The position numbers and the translations under genes were made by a program. Positions 20,532 through 30,646 of a DNA stretch of 64,000 bases are shown here, piece after piece (positions within the stretch are counted from its first letter, which is position 1; each line of letters starts with the position of its first letter). Origin of the DNA: Bacteroidota bacterium (lineage in GTDB: Bacteria; Bacteroidota; Bacteroidia; B-17B0; Aurantibacillaceae); contig JABDDQ010000003.1 in the NCBI GenBank assembly GCA_013287545.1, forward strand, positions 33,064-97,063, given 5' to 3'. The notes under the pieces were generated by a model that saw only the letters and a program-made list of their open reading frames with translations, was not told where the DNA came from and ran no database searches.

Positions 20532-21182
20532 TTATTCTTTAAAATTAATATGCTTGCCCATTGTACCTCTAAAACGTTTCCATCCGCTTTCTCTGTTAGG
20601 TAAGGCAACAAAATTTAAAATACGCAGACTATCGTAATTTATTTTGGGTTCAGCATGAGATAATGTTTCCAGCGTATCAAATATAACGGGTAAAAAACGT
20701 AGGTCTTTCATATGTTTTTTTGCGAATGTATATAACAACCTTGATTGAAAAGGATCAGATGCGAAGGCTATTTTTTTAAATCCATTTGCCTTTGCTAATT
20801 TATACCCATACCAAATATTCTCCGTACTATGTTCAGCACGCCCTTCTGCAAAAACATGCTCAGTAGGCACCCCCATTTTTATGGCGTATAATCTCATTAT
20901 TTCTGCTTCTACAAACGGAGAGTAAACAGAACTACCACTCATAATAATATTTTTTGCGTGTCCGGTTTTATATAAATGCGTTGCCCAAATAACGCGCATT
21001 TTCATAACCATATCCCAGGTTGGTGGATTAAATGGCACACCCGGAACAATTATAGCATCGTATACTGTAGTATCTTTTAAAGACCTGGCAGAAAGTTTTT
21101 TAACGCTGGGTACAAATAATAAACAAGAAATTAAAAACGTGCCTGTAAGAAAAATCAAGGTGTATTTTAAAATCTTCAGCAT
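20532..21182 (-). CDS. YdcF/DUF218 family protein
   Basis: N-terminal TM; DAIIVPG, IIMSG, EA.IM, EGRAEHSTEN, SDPFQ. Start moved to the ATG at 21182 to avoid overlapping the upstream gene. Confidence 0.85.
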   Translation of the reverse strand: MLKILKYTLIFLTGTFLISCLLFVPSVKKLSARSLKDTTVYDAIIVPGVPFNPPTWDMVMKMRVIWATHLYKTGHAKNIIMSGSSVYSPFVEAEIMRLYAIKMGVPTEHVFAEGRAEHSTENIWYGYKLAKANGFKKIAFASDPFQSRLLYTFAKKHMKDLRFLPVIFDTLETLSHAEPKINYDSLRILNFVALPNRESGWKRFRGTMGKHINFKE

Positions 21183-21187
21183 TAAAC

Positions 21188-21658
21188 CTACTTTTTTAAA
21201 GTATCCTGCAAAACAAGCACACTTTCTTCTGCCCATTTTACCAGTATACTTTTTTGTTCTTCACTTAATGCAGCATTTTTATGAATAATTAAGTAAGAAC
21301 TCATAGGCATTTCGCCTTTCTTAACCTGCTCTATCACTTCTTTTAATTTATGTGTTTTGCGTTTTAGTTTATATGTATCAAATTCTGAAAAATTAAGCTC
21401 GTCTTTTCCCTCATCTACATGGTGAGCAAGCCAACCGGCTATTGGTTGAACATTAGCATACCAAGGATATTCGGTATGATTAGAATGACAATCGTAACAA
21501 GATTTTTCTAAGATATTTTTTACTTCAGGGCTAACTGTAACCGAATGTGTTATATCAGTTGAAGTATAAGCAACAGCAACATTTCTTTCAGGGCGAATAA
21601 ACTGAATTATTATTAAAAGAGAAATAATAACAATAAGTACTTTCTTTTTTTTCGACAT
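21188..21658 (-). CDS. Haem-binding domain protein (monohaem c-type cytochrome)
   Basis: SCYDCH (CxxCH), YPWY, LNFS, GEMP distal Met; N-terminal membrane anchor. Confidence 0.88.
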   Translation of the reverse strand: MSKKKKVLIVIISLLIIIQFIRPERNVAVAYTSTDITHSVTVSPEVKNILEKSCYDCHSNHTEYPWYANVQPIAGWLAHHVDEGKDELNFSEFDTYKLKRKTHKLKEVIEQVKKGEMPMSSYLIIHKNAALSEEQKSILVKWAEESVLVLQDTLKK

Positions 21659-21662
21659 AGGA

Positions 21663-22658
21663 TTACATTTTTAAATTAAGCCAGTTCAACGCATTTTTAC
21701 TCAGCAATTTTTGTTGAATATTTTTATCCGAAATATGTTTTTTAATTAAACTACCAGGTACATTTTCTCCTAAAGGGAATGGATAATCACTACCCAAAGC
21801 AACAAAATCTTCGCCCATAACATCTACTAAAAAATCTAATGCTTTAGGCGAATGAACTAAAGAATCTACATAAAATTTTCCTTTAAAATTATTAGGGTGA
21901 ACCGGATTATCGATAGCCACCAAATCGGGGCGACAATCATAACCATGCGCTATTCTACCTTGTGTAAAAGGGAATGAACCACCACCATGCGCAAAAGCCA
22001 CGCGAAGTTTTTTATATTTTTCGAATATTCCGCCAAGTAACATAGAACAAATAGCACGTGATGTTTCGGCGGGCATGCCTACCAACCAAGGTAGCCAGTA
22101 TTTTTGCATATTTTGTTCGCCCATCATTTCCCAAGGATGGATAAACAGGCACATATCTAATGCTTCACAAGCTTCATAAAATCTATGATATTGGTCTTCA
22201 TTTAAATTTTGCTGATTAACATTACTGCCAATTTGTACACCAACTAAGCCAATACTTTTGCAACGCTCTAATTCTTTAATAGCTAAATCAACATCCTGTA
22301 AAGGCACAGTACCTAAACCAATAAATTTTTTAGGGTGCAGACTAACTACTTCAGCAATGTGGTTATTTAAATATTTCGATATTTCTAAACAGTCTTGTGG
22401 TTTTGCCCAATAATTAAATAATACCGGAATGGTTGATAAAACCTGCATGCTTACACCATGTACATCACATTCTTCTATACGCTTTTCGGCGCCCCAACAA
22501 TTACTTTCTATTTCTCTAAAAAACTTGGTACCCTTCATCATACGCGCACAACAAGGTTTATGATGGTCGAGATGAATAAATTCTCCGTAGCCAAATTTTT
22601 TACCCCAATCGGGTAATTTTTCGGGCAAAATATGGGTGTGAATGTCTATGGTTAGCAT
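21663..22658 (-). CDS. acmsd: 2-amino-3-carboxymuconate-6-semialdehyde decarboxylase (amidohydrolase)
   Basis: IDIHTHILP, FFREI..NCW, FIHPW, WLPWLVGMPAET, FAHGGG, LGSDYPFPLGE. Confidence 0.9.
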   Translation of the reverse strand: MLTIDIHTHILPEKLPDWGKKFGYGEFIHLDHHKPCCARMMKGTKFFREIESNCWGAEKRIEECDVHGVSMQVLSTIPVLFNYWAKPQDCLEISKYLNNHIAEVVSLHPKKFIGLGTVPLQDVDLAIKELERCKSIGLVGVQIGSNVNQQNLNEDQYHRFYEACEALDMCLFIHPWEMMGEQNMQKYWLPWLVGMPAETSRAICSMLLGGIFEKYKKLRVAFAHGGGSFPFTQGRIAHGYDCRPDLVAIDNPVHPNNFKGKFYVDSLVHSPKALDFLVDVMGEDFVALGSDYPFPLGENVPGSLIKKHISDKNIQQKLLSKNALNWLNLKM

Positions 22659-22702
22659 GAGGCTAATTTAGAGGTAAAAATTAAGAAGTTGAGGGAAAGA
22701 AA

Positions 22703-23935
22703 TTATTTTTCTTGCAGAAAAACTTTTTTAGCTGTAGTAATGGCAACCGCGTTGTATTTTTTTTCGAGATAGCTCATTATCTTTTCCACCGTTTGTCTCG
22801 AATTTTCATCGAGTACATTAAAGTCTTTGGCAAACACTTCAGTTAAGGCTAAATTGTTTATCTCTTTTATTTTTTGCGGAATTTCACCAAAAGCAAGCTC
22901 TATAGTACGTTCACGTAAAATATCGGCAAACTCAGCTGTTTTTTCAGCAATAAGCTCTTCGCAAATTTTAATTTCTTTTTTACGTAAAGAAACATTTTGT
23001 TTGGCCTGCTTTTTTATATCGGTTATTGAAATATAATCTATGTTATACTTTTTTAACACTTGCGGATGTACATCAACCGGAACAGCCAAATCGATAATAA
23101 TTTTTTTGTCTGTATCTCCTTGCACAAGTTGTTTATAAACATCACTTGTAATTAAATTAGTGCTTGAACCTGTACAGGTTATAAGCACATCAAAACCTTT
23201 GGTATAATCTTTTAATTGAGAAAGACTATAAGCGTCTGCACCAAGTTCTGCCGCTAATTGAGTTGCTTTTGGTAACGAACGATTAAAAACTGTAAACGTA
23301 GAAAAATGATGCTTTTTAAGGTACTTTGCCATGGTGGCATTGGTTTGTCCCGCACCTATAAATACACAACGTGCGTTATCTTTTATATTTTTTTCTTTTA
23401 ACAAACGATAAGCTAAAGACATAACCGACACCGGGTTTTTTGCAATATCGGTTTCAGTAAAAATTTGTTTAGCAGTTTCAACAGTGTGTCTTGAAAGCAG
23501 ACGCATAAAATCGCCGGTTAACCCAAACTCATTGCATTTGTCGTACGCTTGTCTAAATTGTGTAATAATTTCACGCTCACCAACCACCAACGAATCTAAA
23601 GAAGAAGCCACACATAAAATGTGGTTGACCGCATCGCCTCCTGTAAAAACTTTAGCGTAAGTAACCAGTTTTTTTACTTCAGTTTTTTTTAAGTTAGCAT
23701 TTAGCAATGAGAATAATTGAGTTATAAAAGCTTTACTTACAGGCTTTTGGGTAGTAAACAAAAATTCAACCCTGTTACAGGTAGAAAGATAAACCACTTC
23801 TTTTAAATGAAGATTAGTTTTAATTTTAGAAAGGGTGTTTTTTACAGAAGCATCCTCTATATGAAGTTTGCCTATTTCAGTGAGTGAAAATTTCTTATGG
23901 GTAACAGCTACGGTGTAAAAATACTCTTGCTTCAT
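22703..23935 (-). CDS. hemA: Glutamyl-tRNA reductase
   Basis: LSTCNRVE, SLDSLVVGE.EI..Q, IGAG, DLAVP.DV; ATG at 23935 preferred to the TTG at 23947. Confidence 0.93.
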   Translation of the reverse strand: MKQEYFYTVAVTHKKFSLTEIGKLHIEDASVKNTLSKIKTNLHLKEVVYLSTCNRVEFLFTTQKPVSKAFITQLFSLLNANLKKTEVKKLVTYAKVFTGGDAVNHILCVASSLDSLVVGEREIITQFRQAYDKCNEFGLTGDFMRLLSRHTVETAKQIFTETDIAKNPVSVMSLAYRLLKEKNIKDNARCVFIGAGQTNATMAKYLKKHHFSTFTVFNRSLPKATQLAAELGADAYSLSQLKDYTKGFDVLITCTGSSTNLITSDVYKQLVQGDTDKKIIIDLAVPVDVHPQVLKKYNIDYISITDIKKQAKQNVSLRKKEIKICEELIAEKTAEFADILRERTIELAFGEIPQKIKEINNLALTEVFAKDFNVLDENSRQTVEKIMSYLEKKYNAVAITTAKKVFLQEK

Positions 23936-23995
23936 ACGCTTGCCCAAATATCCTGATTTACGACAAATAATTTGTCATTAGAATGTCATGCGGAA

Positions 23996-24802
23996 TTACT
24001 TTTTGGAAGCAATTTTCTGAAGGGTTTCTTTCTCGTGCTTACTTAGGCTTTCGTAGCCACTTTTGTTAATTTTATCTAAAATTTCGTCTAACGTTTTTTC
24101 ATCAGCATCTACTTTAATAGAGTGTACCACTTTTAAATTTTTGCTTTTTACTTTGGGCTTTCTTTTAAAAAAATCCATTAAATCATTTCCTTTTTTTAAC
24201 TGCATGCCATATAGCAACCCAAAAAATGCACCGCCAATGTGTGCCACTTTACCACCTGTGTTAACCGAAATATCTATAATAGTTGATAATAAAAACAAAA
24301 CAAGTACAACCCATTTAAGAGGAAATGAACCTATAAAAAAAACACTTACAGGCATGTTAGGCGCATATATAGCCGCCACAATAGATACAGCAGTTACAGA
24401 TGCAGAAGCACCTAATAAATAGTAGTTACCCTGAATAAATAAATTGAAAAATAACGAAAAGAAAAGAGCTCCGGCAATGCCCCCTAAAATATAAACAAAC
24501 CACAAACGTTTTTCGCCTACAATTGATGAAAAAATTTCGCCCATAAAATAGAAGTAAATCATATTAAAAAAAATATGACTAACTTCTAAATGTGTAAACA
24601 TATACGTAAAGGGTGTATAAAATTTAACCAGCAACTGATTTAAATTAGATGGTACAGTAAAATAATTTATTAATGATGGATTAACCAAATTGGCAATAAT
24701 GTTGCACAACAAAAAAAACACACCATTAATAAGCAGTATTTGCGTTACTACCGAAAATGCGCGAAACCTCCCTAACCTATCTCCTAAACTTGTGTTGCTC
24801 AT
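23996..24802 (-). CDS. Rhomboid intramembrane serine protease with DUF6576-like C-terminal domain
   Basis: TYMFxH, HIFFNM, GASA (Ser), AHIGG (His), C-terminal ILDKINKSGYESLS; start at 24802 or 24814. Confidence 0.9.
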   Translation of the reverse strand: MSNTSLGDRLGRFRAFSVVTQILLINGVFFLLCNIIANLVNPSLINYFTVPSNLNQLLVKFYTPFTYMFTHLEVSHIFFNMIYFYFMGEIFSSIVGEKRLWFVYILGGIAGALFFSLFFNLFIQGNYYLLGASASVTAVSIVAAIYAPNMPVSVFFIGSFPLKWVVLVLFLLSTIIDISVNTGGKVAHIGGAFFGLLYGMQLKKGNDLMDFFKRKPKVKSKNLKVVHSIKVDADEKTLDEILDKINKSGYESLSKHEKETLQKIASKK

Positions 24803-24899
24803 TTTAAAATCCATGGCAAATCTATTATTTTAACGTGTTGTTACGGTACTTAACATCAAATAAATTTTACCTTTGATGGCTGTTTTAAATTTAGTTATT

Positions 24900-26612
24900 A
24901 TGTATGAAAAAATAAAATTTGTTTTAACCTGTACATTTATACTATTTATACAGTTTTTTTTCGCTCAGGTTACAATTACTATTCCTAATGAAAACCCTCC
25001 TACTAATACGGTAAGTGTTTCAAGTGTAGAAGGGCGTAAACCCTTAGGTTCTTATTTTGGGTACGAGCGTGCAGCTTTTATATACAGACATGCTGAATTA
25101 GGCATGTATGGCCAAATTACCGGCATTGCCTTTTATTGCGATTCGGTAAATAATCCTGGTAATGTTCCTTTAAATATATATGTAAGAGAAACCAGCGACT
25201 CTGCTTTTACGGCTACTACAACTGTTGCTAATGAGGAAGCCGGGGCAACTTTAGTGTATACAGGCACTATACAAGCAACATTATTCGCTAAAAATCAGTG
25301 GGTAAGTATCAATTTTAATACTCCGTTTATACACGCTACCTCAAAACCTGTAGAGTTTATTTTTGAAACTAATGCCTCAGGGTCGGGCAGCGAAGGTGTT
25401 TCGGGTAAGTTTTTCTCGCATTACAATGCCAATCCTAATTATTATACTACTCAATACTGGGATCAAGACAATACGCCACCAACCAATAATGGAATTGTTG
25501 CTAATTGCAAACCTAATGCACAAATAACTATGGCTGCTGCTCCCACATGTAGCGGAATGCCAAATGCCGGAACAATTGTTTCATCGGCAAGTGATAGCCT
25601 TTGTTTAAATGAAAGTTTTGTATTGTCTTTACAAGGGAGCACTCCTGCTTTGGGTTTAACTTATCAGTGGCAGGGGTCTGCTGATGGCGTAACTTTTACA
25701 AACATCCCACAAGCAGATTCAACTACTTTATTACAAAGCTTACAAAATACCACTTGGTACAGGTGCGCGGTAACCTGTTCAGGCCAAACAGCTTACTCAA
25801 CTATTAAGCAAGTTGTGCTTCGGTATTTTATGAAATGTTATTGTAACAATTTGGGTGGTGATTGTTCTAACGGTACTGCGATTGATTCGGTAGCCATTGA
25901 GGGTACTACATTGGCTAATGGATTAACAGGATGTTCGAACAATAATTACACGCTTTACCCAACAAGTGGAAATACGACAACAAGCTTAGACCAAGGCTCC
26001 ACTTATATTTTAGATACACGTTTTAACGGAAATGTAGCGGCATCTTTTTGGATAGATTATAATCAAGATGGTATATTAGAGTCCCTCACAGAATGGACAC
26101 AAATTTGCACACAGTCTCCATCTATTTATGACACTGTAACTGTGGGAGGTGTTTTAATAAGTAGAGTTGATAGTGTTTTTAAAACTTCTTTTACAGTACC
26201 TTCAAATGCTCAGATAGGTTATACTTTATTTCGTGTAAGGAGTAGGGCCGGTGGAAATACAAATGATTCTTCAAGCGTGTGCGCCTTTTTTGGAACCGGC
26301 GAAACCGAAGACTATTATGTTTATATTAACTACCCATTAGGCATACAACAACTAAAAAATAGTGAGTTCCCGGTATCAATTTATCCAAACCCGGTTACTA
26401 ACCAAATTACACTTGAGGCAAATTTTACACAAGCCGAAAATATTACCACAAGTATATATACTATTAACGGAGGTTTAGTTTCGCAGGTAGAAAGAAAATA
26501 TGTGGGCGAGCCTTTAACTATAGATGTTTCAGCACTTGATACAGGAATTTATTTTGTAAAAATTTCTACTAAAGAATACATAACAACCAAAAAAATTATT
26601 ATTTCTAAATAA
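24900..26612 (+). CDS. T9SS-secreted protein with Ig-like and GEVED domains
   Basis: Signal peptide, GLTYQWQ Ig-like segment, WIDYNQDG...GETEDY (GEVED), C-terminal IYPNP...GIYFVKI...KKIIISK; TACCTTTG promoter element at 24868-24875. Confidence 0.85.
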   Translation: MYEKIKFVLTCTFILFIQFFFAQVTITIPNENPPTNTVSVSSVEGRKPLGSYFGYERAAFIYRHAELGMYGQITGIAFYCDSVNNPGNVPLNIYVRETSDSAFTATTTVANEEAGATLVYTGTIQATLFAKNQWVSINFNTPFIHATSKPVEFIFETNASGSGSEGVSGKFFSHYNANPNYYTTQYWDQDNTPPTNNGIVANCKPNAQITMAAAPTCSGMPNAGTIVSSASDSLCLNESFVLSLQGSTPALGLTYQWQGSADGVTFTNIPQADSTTLLQSLQNTTWYRCAVTCSGQTAYSTIKQVVLRYFMKCYCNNLGGDCSNGTAIDSVAIEGTTLANGLTGCSNNNYTLYPTSGNTTTSLDQGSTYILDTRFNGNVAASFWIDYNQDGILESLTEWTQICTQSPSIYDTVTVGGVLISRVDSVFKTSFTVPSNAQIGYTLFRVRSRAGGNTNDSSSVCAFFGTGETEDYYVYINYPLGIQQLKNSEFPVSIYPNPVTNQITLEANFTQAENITTSIYTINGGLVSQVERKYVGEPLTIDVSALDTGIYFVKISTKEYITTKKIIISK

Positions 26613-26613
26613 C

Positions 26614-26868
26614 ATGGCTAAACAAAAACTACAAAAAGATTATTTGTACTTGGCTTATAAAGGTAAAGAATATTTATGGTTAGGTTTCACCATTCTATCG
26701 GTACTAATATCCACATTCTGTCTTATAAAAAGTGATAGAGAGCAGGCATTATATTTTATTGCATTAACTTTTTTAGCGGGCTTACTGTATTCTTTTAATC
26801 GCAGTCGTCGTAAAAAAATGGAAACAAGAGCTAAAGAAAAACAAGATAAATTAGAAACTAAATCTTAA
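26614..26868 (+). CDS. Small two-TM hypothetical membrane protein
   Basis: Two hydrophobic helices and a basic tail; 1-nt gap after the upstream stop. Confidence 0.65.
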   Translation: MAKQKLQKDYLYLAYKGKEYLWLGFTILSVLISTFCLIKSDREQALYFIALTFLAGLLYSFNRSRRKKMETRAKEKQDKLETKS

Positions 26869-26879
26869 AACAATATAAC

Positions 26880-27293
26880 ATGAAATACATAGCAAAAGCA
26901 CATTGGCAAGGAAATTTAAAAGAAGGTAAAGGATCTCTTACTTCACCAAGCGGAATTTTAAACAACACAAATTACAGCTTTAAAACTCGTTTTGAAGGAG
27001 AAAAAGGCACTAACCCAGAAGAATTGTTAGCCACCTCGCATGCAGGTTGTTTTACGATGGCCGTATGTGCTATTTTAACTCAAAAAGGATTAAATCCTAC
27101 AAGTTTAGACACAGAAGTTACATTAACCATGGAGAATTTAACCATTACTGCCATTCATCTTTCTATTACAGGAAAAGTTGCAGGCATTACAGCTGATGAA
27201 TTTACGGTTGTTACAAAAGATGCTGAAAAAAATTGTATTATATCAAAAGCATTAAGCGTACCCATTACATCTGAAGCTCATTTTTTAGCTTAA
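26880..27293 (+). CDS. osmC: OsmC family peroxiredoxin
   Basis: AHWQGNLKEGKG, YSFKTRFE, GTNPEEL, HAGCF, CIISKAL. Confidence 0.92.
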   Translation: MKYIAKAHWQGNLKEGKGSLTSPSGILNNTNYSFKTRFEGEKGTNPEELLATSHAGCFTMAVCAILTQKGLNPTSLDTEVTLTMENLTITAIHLSITGKVAGITADEFTVVTKDAEKNCIISKALSVPITSEAHFLA

Positions 27294-27308
27294 CATAATT
27301 TTTTATTG

Positions 27309-27360
27309 AAATGATTTTTGAACTTAGATAATCTCTTTGTTCAAAAATCATTTTTTATTT
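27309..27360 (+). terminator. Intrinsic terminator after osmC
   Basis: 15-bp perfect stem aaatgatttttgaac / gttcaaaaatcattt followed by a T tract. Confidence 0.75.
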
Positions 27361-27396
27361 TCAGTACCCCTCAAGTACATTTACAAAAAACATTTT

Positions 27397-29634
27397 ATGA
27401 GCGATACACAACTTTTTTTTAAAGTTTCAGATAAATTAAACATTGATACAAAGCAAGTAGTTGCTACTATTCGTTTATTAGATGAAGGAGGCACAATTCC
27501 TTTTATAGCCCGTTACCGCAAAGAAGCTACCGGCAGTTTAGATGAAGTTGCCATTATGCAAATACGTGATGAGATAGAGCGTTTAAGAGCTTTAGAGCAA
27601 CGTCGCGAAACAATTTTAAAATCCATTGAAAGTCAGGGTAAATTAACTGATGAGTTAAAAGAAAAAATACTGGATGCAGAAACCATAAGTAAGCTTGAAG
27701 ATTTGTATTTACCATACAAACCTAAACACAGAACCAAAGCTACCATTGCACGTGAGAAAGGTTTAGAACCTTTAGCACAATTTATTTTAGCACAAGGCAA
27801 CACATCGTTAGGCGATGAAGCCGCTAAATTTATCAGCACAGAAAAAGAAGTTATTTCAATTGAAGATGCTTTGCATGGTGCACGCGATATTATTGCCGAA
27901 ATAATTACAGAAGATGTAAATGCACGTGAACAAACACGAAATTTATTTAAACAAAAAGCAACCATAAAAAGTAAAGTTGTTAGAGGAAAAGAAGAAGAGG
28001 GCGCTAAGTTTGAAGATTATTTTGATTGGGAAGAACCACTTGCTCAATGTCCTTCGCATCGTTTACTGGCTATGCGCCGTGGAGAAAAAGAGGATTTTTT
28101 ATTTTTAGATATTAAACCTCCGGTTGATGATGCGTTGGATATTTTAAACCGCATTTTTGTAAAAACTAAAAATGCTTGTGCTGACCAATTGAAATTAGCT
28201 ATTGAAGATGGATACGGGCGTTTATTACAACCATCTATAGAAGCTGAAACTCGCTCTAATACAAAAGAGTTGGCCGATGATAAAGCTATTGAAGTTTTTG
28301 CACAAAATATTCGCGAGCTTTTACTTTCATCTCCTTTAGGGCAAAAAGCAATTCTCGCTATTGACCCGGGCATTAGAACCGGTTGCAAAGTTGTAGCACT
28401 TGATAAGCAAGGAAAATTATTAGCTGATACAGTAATTTATCCGCAGCAAAAAAAATCGGAAGCAGAAAATATTGTGCTCGCATTTTGTGCTAAACACCTT
28501 ATTGAAGCCATTGCTATTGGTAACGGCACCGCAGGACGTGAAACAGAAACGTTTATTAGAGGAATAGATATTCTGCCAAAAGAAATTTCGGTAATTATGG
28601 TAAATGAAAGTGGTGCTTCTATTTACTCAGCATCGGAGGTAGCTCGTGAAGAATTTCCGGATAAAGACATTACGGTGCGCGGTGCAGTTTCTATTGGTAG
28701 AAGGCTGGCTGACCCGTTGGCCGAATTAGTTAAATTAGACCCAAAATCTATTGGGGTTGGGCAGTACCAACACGATGTTGACCAAACCAAGTTAAAAAAT
28801 AAATTAGATGAAGTAGTAAGCAGTTGTGTAAATGCCGTGGGCGTTGAATTAAACACCGCCAGTAAGGAATTACTTACTTATGTATCTGGCTTAAATAGTC
28901 GTTTAGCACAAAATATTGTTGAATACAGAAATGAACATGGTGCTTTTAAAAATCGTTTTCAGCTAAAAGAAATTTCGGGTTTAGGTGAAAAAACGTTTGA
29001 GCAATGCGCAGGTTTTTTACGCATCAGTAAAGCAGAAAACCTTTTAGATAAAAGTGCCGTACACCCTGAGAGTTATGAAGTGGTAGAAAAAATGGCGAAA
29101 GACGTAAACTGCTCGGTTGCCGATTTACTTACCGACAAAGAATTACGCAAGCAAATTAAAATTACAAACTACGTAACTGATACCATTGGTTTACCAACGC
29201 TTAGAGATATTGTAAATGAGTTAGAAAAACCGGGACGTGACCCACGTAAATCGTTCGAAATATTTTCGTTTGCAGAAGGCATAGAAAAACCTGAAGATTT
29301 ACGCGAAGGCATGAAATTACCAGGCATAGTAACCAATGTAACAAACTTTGGGGCCTTTGTAGATGTGGGTGTGCATCAGGATGGGTTGGTACATATTTCG
29401 CACTTAGCAGATACGTTTGTAGATGATCCAAACAAAATTGTAAAAGTGCATCAACAAGTTATGGTAACTGTTTTAGAGTTGGATTTAAAGCGTAACCGTA
29501 TTGCGCTATCAATGAAAGGAAACGGAAATGTATCAGCCGCAAAATCTTCTGCTAAAAAAGAAAAAGAAATTGTGTACGATGCTAACGATATGCAATCTGC
29601 TCTATCTGCCTTAAAAGCAAAATTTAAAAAGTAG
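27397..29634 (+). CDS. tex: Tex family RNA-binding transcriptional accessory protein
   Basis: TIPFIARYRKEATG, LEDLYLPYK, IDPGIRTGCK, IGVGQYQHD, C-terminal S1 domain (FGAFVDVGVHQDGLVHIS). Confidence 0.95.
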   Translation: MSDTQLFFKVSDKLNIDTKQVVATIRLLDEGGTIPFIARYRKEATGSLDEVAIMQIRDEIERLRALEQRRETILKSIESQGKLTDELKEKILDAETISKLEDLYLPYKPKHRTKATIAREKGLEPLAQFILAQGNTSLGDEAAKFISTEKEVISIEDALHGARDIIAEIITEDVNAREQTRNLFKQKATIKSKVVRGKEEEGAKFEDYFDWEEPLAQCPSHRLLAMRRGEKEDFLFLDIKPPVDDALDILNRIFVKTKNACADQLKLAIEDGYGRLLQPSIEAETRSNTKELADDKAIEVFAQNIRELLLSSPLGQKAILAIDPGIRTGCKVVALDKQGKLLADTVIYPQQKKSEAENIVLAFCAKHLIEAIAIGNGTAGRETETFIRGIDILPKEISVIMVNESGASIYSASEVAREEFPDKDITVRGAVSIGRRLADPLAELVKLDPKSIGVGQYQHDVDQTKLKNKLDEVVSSCVNAVGVELNTASKELLTYVSGLNSRLAQNIVEYRNEHGAFKNRFQLKEISGLGEKTFEQCAGFLRISKAENLLDKSAVHPESYEVVEKMAKDVNCSVADLLTDKELRKQIKITNYVTDTIGLPTLRDIVNELEKPGRDPRKSFEIFSFAEGIEKPEDLREGMKLPGIVTNVTNFGAFVDVGVHQDGLVHISHLADTFVDDPNKIVKVHQQVMVTVLELDLKRNRIALSMKGNGNVSAAKSSAKKEKEIVYDANDMQSALSALKAKFKK

Positions 29635-29637
29635 TTC

Positions 29638-30126
29638 ATGCCCAAGCCTCTACCTAATTTTGAACGGATGATGACTTTAATTAACGAGGTTTTTGACACC
29701 CGCAAAGACCCCAATCAATTACAGGTTAGTCAGAAAGAAATGAAAAAGCTGGAGAAAATTCATCCTGCAACTTTATCAGAGTTTGCCGATGAAAATGGAC
29801 CTGTCGTTTGGGTACTTATTATACCAACTATAACAGCTGTGATGGATAGTTTTCTTTCAGGGAAAATTTCAGAGAAAGATATTCTTACTAAAACAAAACC
29901 CGGAGAAAAATATACTTGCATTTATTTATGTTCCGTAACCACTTTACCCGAATATAGGGGTAAGGGTATAAGTAAAAAACTTTGCCTTGATGCCATTCAA
30001 GCCATTTGTAAAGACCATCCAATAGAAACACTTTTTGTTTGGCCTTTTACTAAAGAAGGAGAAAATCTTGCTGCATCTTTAGCAAAAGAATGTAGATTGC
30101 CTTTACGTGTTTATGCTGAAAAATGA
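29638..30126 (+). CDS. GNAT family N-acetyltransferase
   Basis: Acetyl-CoA motif A (YLCSVTTLPEYRGKGI). Confidence 0.75.
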   Translation: MPKPLPNFERMMTLINEVFDTRKDPNQLQVSQKEMKKLEKIHPATLSEFADENGPVVWVLIIPTITAVMDSFLSGKISEKDILTKTKPGEKYTCIYLCSVTTLPEYRGKGISKKLCLDAIQAICKDHPIETLFVWPFTKEGENLAASLAKECRLPLRVYAEK

Positions 30127-30488
30127 TAGACATAGAAGAAAAAATAGAAACAAAAAAGGAAACAAAAACACTTGAGGCTGAGGAACGTCAAACAATTATA
30201 CATTGCATTTATAACCCCATTAATGCGGTACGCATTTGGCCCAGTACTTTTCTAATAGAAAAAGAAAGTGGTAAACGTGTTAAACTAATAACTGCTTTTA
30301 ATATTTCTTTTGCGCCTGAATGGACTTTTGCCTACAACGGAAATAATAAATTTACGTTGATTTTTGAAGGCTTAAGCAAAGGCTGCACTATGTTTGATTT
30401 AATGGAAATAATCCCTCTACCCGACCCATTTGTAGTACGTAACATACAACGTACAGCAAGCGATGTATATACCATACGCGTTGATTAA
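30123..30488 (+). CDS. Hypothetical beta-rich cytoplasmic protein
   Basis: RIWPSTFL, FTLIFEGL...FDL.E, DVY pattern; ATGA overlap with the GNAT gene. Confidence 0.7.
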   Translation: MIDIEEKIETKKETKTLEAEERQTIIHCIYNPINAVRIWPSTFLIEKESGKRVKLITAFNISFAPEWTFAYNGNNKFTLIFEGLSKGCTMFDLMEIIPLPDPFVVRNIQRTASDVYTIRVD

Positions 30489-30646
30489 ATTTCTTTTATT
30501 GTCTTAAAAAGTTTATTTCCACTGTTTTCTTCAATAGTTAACCATTGTTAATTTTTAAAGTTTGGCACAATGTGGCCTACCTTTTGTAAAACACCCAACA
30601 ATTCATTAAACACTTATCTATTTATTCAAACCTAAATCATTGAGCA

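Noticed and set aside
30563-30577. TGGCAC...TGGC upstream of the SPFH gene, resembling a sigma-54 -24/-12 promoter
   Set aside because: Only 9 nt separate GG and GC; sigma-54 promoters require 10.
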